This document shows positions 60,781-63,171 of a stretch of DNA of 63,171 nucleotides, piece by piece; position 1 is the stretch's first letter, and every line of letters starts with the position of its first letter. Below the pieces are notes generated by a model that had not been told where the DNA came from, made no database searches, and saw nothing but the letters and a program-made list of their open reading frames with translations. This DNA is from Bacteroides faecis. Lineage in GTDB: Bacteria > Bacillota > Clostridia > Oscillospirales > Acutalibacteraceae. A program made the translations under genes and the position numbers. Where the stretch lies: contig CAVFTC010000001.1 of NCBI GenBank assembly GCA_963625295.1, positions 1-63,171 of the forward strand, given 5' to 3'.

Positions 60781-63081
60781 ATGAAATTCAGCACAAAATT
60801 CATCTCCGCAACAAAGGATTTCTGCGAATTTTTGCATTTTGTTCCCGCTCCCTATCTCAGAAAGAGCTTTGTTGTGGATTTTGTTCCCGAAAAGGCAGAA
60901 ATGCTCGTAACGGGTCTTGGCTTCTATGAGTTTTGGCTCAACGGCGAACGCCTTACAAAGGGCTGCCTTGCGCCTTACATCTCGAACCCCGACGACCTTA
61001 TTTATTACGACCGCTACGACCTTTCTGACAAGCTCAAAAAAGGCAAAAATGTTATTGCATTCGCTCTTGGCAACGGTATGCAAAACCCAATCGGCGGCGA
61101 GGTATGGGACTTCCAGCTTGCACGCTGGAGAAGTGCACCGAAGCTTGCTTTATGCTTTGAATGCTCCGGCGAGGGCAAGGAAATATTCTTTGAAGCCGAT
61201 GAAAGCTTCAAGGTTCACGCTTCGCCGACTTATTTCGACGATCTCCGCTGTGGCGAACGCTATGACGCAAGAAATGAGATCGACGGCTGGAATCTTCCCG
61301 ATTTTGACGACAGCGATTGGGACGAAGCCATTCCCGTTGCCGCTCCGTCCGGCGAGTGTCTTGAGGGAAGCCATACGCTTATAAAGAAAATCCGTGAGAT
61401 TAAGCCCGTTAAACTTTACAAGGGTCATATCTCGGCTTTTGCGAACCCGAGAGAAAATCTTCCGAAGCATATTCTTCCCGAAGAAGAATACTGCAACGAT
61501 GGATACATATACGATTTCGGCGAAAATATCACCGGTATTGTTCGCCTTAAAATTAAGGGTCGCAAGGGACAAAAAATCGTTATGTCCTGCGGCGAAAGTC
61601 TCTTTGACGGCGGACTTGATATGCACAATATCTGCGAATTTCAGCCCATAGGCATGACTCAGGTTCAGGTCTATATCTGCAAGGGCGAGGGCGAGGAGAT
61701 TTGGGAACCGATGTTCTGCTACCACGGCTTCCAATACTGCTTTGTGACCGGCATTGACGACGAGCAGGCGACCGAGGAGCTGCTCACATATGTCGTTATG
61801 CATGCTGATGTTCCGCAGCTCGGCGGCTTCACCTGCTCCGATGAGCTTGTCAACAAGCTCCAGGAGGCCACGCTCAGAAGCGACCTTGCAAATATGTTCT
61901 ATTTCCCGACCGACTGTCCGCACCGTGAGAAAAACGGCTGGACGGGCGACGCTCACCTTTCCGCTGAGCAGTTCATGATGAATATCGGCGCAGAAAATAC
62001 ACTGCGTGAGTGGCTGCACAGCGTCAGAAAATCACAGGACGAAAGAGGTGCGCTTCCGGGAATCGTGCCGACCGCCGGCTGGGGCTTTGAGTGGGGCAAC
62101 GGTCCTGCTTGGGATGCAGTTTTAACGGAGCTGCCGTACAGAATGTGGCAGTACAAAGGAAACAAAACGGTTCTTGAGGAGAACGCAACGGCGATCTTCC
62201 GCTATGTTTCGTATCTCTCGACAAGGCTCGACGAAAAGGGTCTTATCCATATCGGTCTGGGCGATTGGCTTCCCGTTGACAATGTTACGCCCTGTCCGCT
62301 CGAAGTCACTGACACCCTCGTTTCGATGGATATTTGCAAAAAAGCTGCCGAAATATTCAGAGTATGCGACATGCCGCTTCGTGCCGAGTTTGCGCAAAAG
62401 CTCCACGATAACCTTCGTGCAAGCTTCCGTGAGCATCTGATTGACAGCGAGCTTCTTGTTTACGGCAATCATCAGACCACACAGGCTGCGGCTCTTTACT
62501 ACGGAGCATTTGATGAGGACGAAAAAGAAAAAGCGTTCGCCCATCTTCTCCGTCTTATTCATGACGCAAACGACAGCATGACCGTCGGCATCATCGGAGC
62601 AAGAACGATGTTCCATGTCCTCTCCGAGTTTGGCTATGAGGAGCTTGCGCTTCATATGATCGCAAAGCCCGATTATCCGTCATTCGCAAGCTGGATAACG
62701 GAATACAATGCCAACACCCTCTTTGAGGTCATCACCCACGATCCGCCGAACGGCTTCTCACACAACCATCATTTCTTCGGCGACATCTCGGCGTGGTTTA
62801 TCAAAAATCTTGCAGGTATCATTCCAAATGCCGATGTTTGCGACCCGAACTGTATCGTCATCTCCCCCGCCTTTGTCAGCTCGTTGAGCTATGCGGAGGG
62901 TTGGTACACAGCACCGGCAGGCAAAATATCCGTCCGCTGGGAGCGTGTCGGCGATGAAATCAAGCTGAATGTAAGCGTACCCGACGGAGTAAAGGGTAAA
63001 ATAAAGCTCCGCCACGGTGCACGGCTTGCAAGCGGCGAAGCAGAAATTGATCTCCGAAGCGGAGAATTCATCATCAAATAA
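60781..63081 (+). CDS. GH78 alpha-L-rhamnosidase
   Basis: About 766 aa; the YLRK.F...........GLG.YE.WLNG.R region and FPTDCP.REK.GWTGD catalytic-domain motif. The ATG at 60781 has a GGAGG RBS. Confidence 0.85.
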   Translation: MKFSTKFISATKDFCEFLHFVPAPYLRKSFVVDFVPEKAEMLVTGLGFYEFWLNGERLTKGCLAPYISNPDDLIYYDRYDLSDKLKKGKNVIAFALGNGMQNPIGGEVWDFQLARWRSAPKLALCFECSGEGKEIFFEADESFKVHASPTYFDDLRCGERYDARNEIDGWNLPDFDDSDWDEAIPVAAPSGECLEGSHTLIKKIREIKPVKLYKGHISAFANPRENLPKHILPEEEYCNDGYIYDFGENITGIVRLKIKGRKGQKIVMSCGESLFDGGLDMHNICEFQPIGMTQVQVYICKGEGEEIWEPMFCYHGFQYCFVTGIDDEQATEELLTYVVMHADVPQLGGFTCSDELVNKLQEATLRSDLANMFYFPTDCPHREKNGWTGDAHLSAEQFMMNIGAENTLREWLHSVRKSQDERGALPGIVPTAGWGFEWGNGPAWDAVLTELPYRMWQYKGNKTVLEENATAIFRYVSYLSTRLDEKGLIHIGLGDWLPVDNVTPCPLEVTDTLVSMDICKKAAEIFRVCDMPLRAEFAQKLHDNLRASFREHLIDSELLVYGNHQTTQAAALYYGAFDEDEKEKAFAHLLRLIHDANDSMTVGIIGARTMFHVLSEFGYEELALHMIAKPDYPSFASWITEYNANTLFEVITHDPPNGFSHNHHFFGDISAWFIKNLAGIIPNADVCDPNCIVISPAFVSSLSYAEGWYTAPAGKISVRWERVGDEIKLNVSVPDGVKGKIKLRHGARLASGEAEIDLRSGEFIIK

Positions 63082-63090
63082 AAAATATAT

Positions 63091-63132
63091 AAATCCCCGG
63101 AAGCACAAATCAATGTGTTTTCGGGGATTTTT
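63091..63132 (+). terminator. Rho-independent terminator
   Basis: AAATCCCCG...CGGGGATTT followed by T residues, abutting the MITE start. Confidence 0.7.
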
Positions 63133-63171
63133 AAGGCAATACCGCACAATTGAGGTGTGCGGATTGCGTAG
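63131..63171. mobile_element. First 41 nt of a MITE copy, truncated by the window end
   Basis: TTAAGGCAATACCGCACAATTGAGGTGTGCGGATTGCGTAG matches the start of 19247-19414. Confidence 0.8.

Noticed and set aside
1-63171. The window as a 63-kb circular plasmid or phage, because its ends would join into one repeat copy
   Set aside because: The content is core housekeeping (cmk, ispH-S1, plsC, dapF/dapL, nrdR, tRNA). There are no replication, partition, conjugation or phage genes. A contig break at a multi-copy repeat explains the ends better.

Overview
The window is 63,171 bp and looks like an assembly contig from a mid-GC Firmicute. A gut or rumen Clostridia / Oscillospiraceae-like organism is my inference from gene content: an IspH-S1 fusion, the DapL/DapF lysine route, a TM1266-type regulator, DUF4364, and GH78/GH95 glycosidases. 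It holds about 55 credible CDS and one tRNA-Leu(UAG). I found no rRNA, CRISPR array, transposase, integrase, phage genes or recognisable defence genes.

Most content is housekeeping or carbohydrate and amino-acid metabolism:
- nrdR, dapL-dapF, putP, trkAH, cmk, plsC, ispH-S1
- rhaD, araB, and GH95/GH78 glycosidases
- a two-component system and two mgtC paralogs

Three things stand out.

1. A minus-strand supercluster spans about 34.8-47.3 kb. Two clear T-box leaders, which I read as Leu (CUC) and Ile (AUC) specifiers, sit behind two near-identical promoter/operator modules (TGTAATA-N4-TATTACA, 9 nt, -35, 17 nt, TATAAT). They control non-canonical cargo:
   - an isopropylmalate-synthase homolog whose metal-binding HxH motif is lost
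   - a xylose-isomerase-like TIM barrel fused to an AMP-dependent CoA ligase
   - an HTH-cupin domain fused to a medium-chain acyl-CoA synthetase

   Directly downstream lie a P-loop ATPase, a four-subunit VOR-type 2-oxoacid:ferredoxin oxidoreductase, a C-N hydrolase and ilvE. I hypothesise a starvation-gated route from branched-chain fatty acids to branched-chain amino acids by reductive carboxylation.

2. A roughly 168-bp MITE-like element has TTAAGGCAAYACCGCACAA termini. Counting full, deleted, mini and solo-end derivatives, it occurs at 12 loci, including both window edges. It repeatedly supplies the last codons (K-A-I/T-P-H-N-stop) or the stop codon of host genes.

3. An unexplained perfect-register triplication of a roughly 101-bp hairpin-containing unit, plus a 5x heptad (TAGATNN) array, lies between the acyl-CoA synthetase gene and the oxidoreductase operon.

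All calls come from reading the sequence and ORF translations by eye. No database searches were run.
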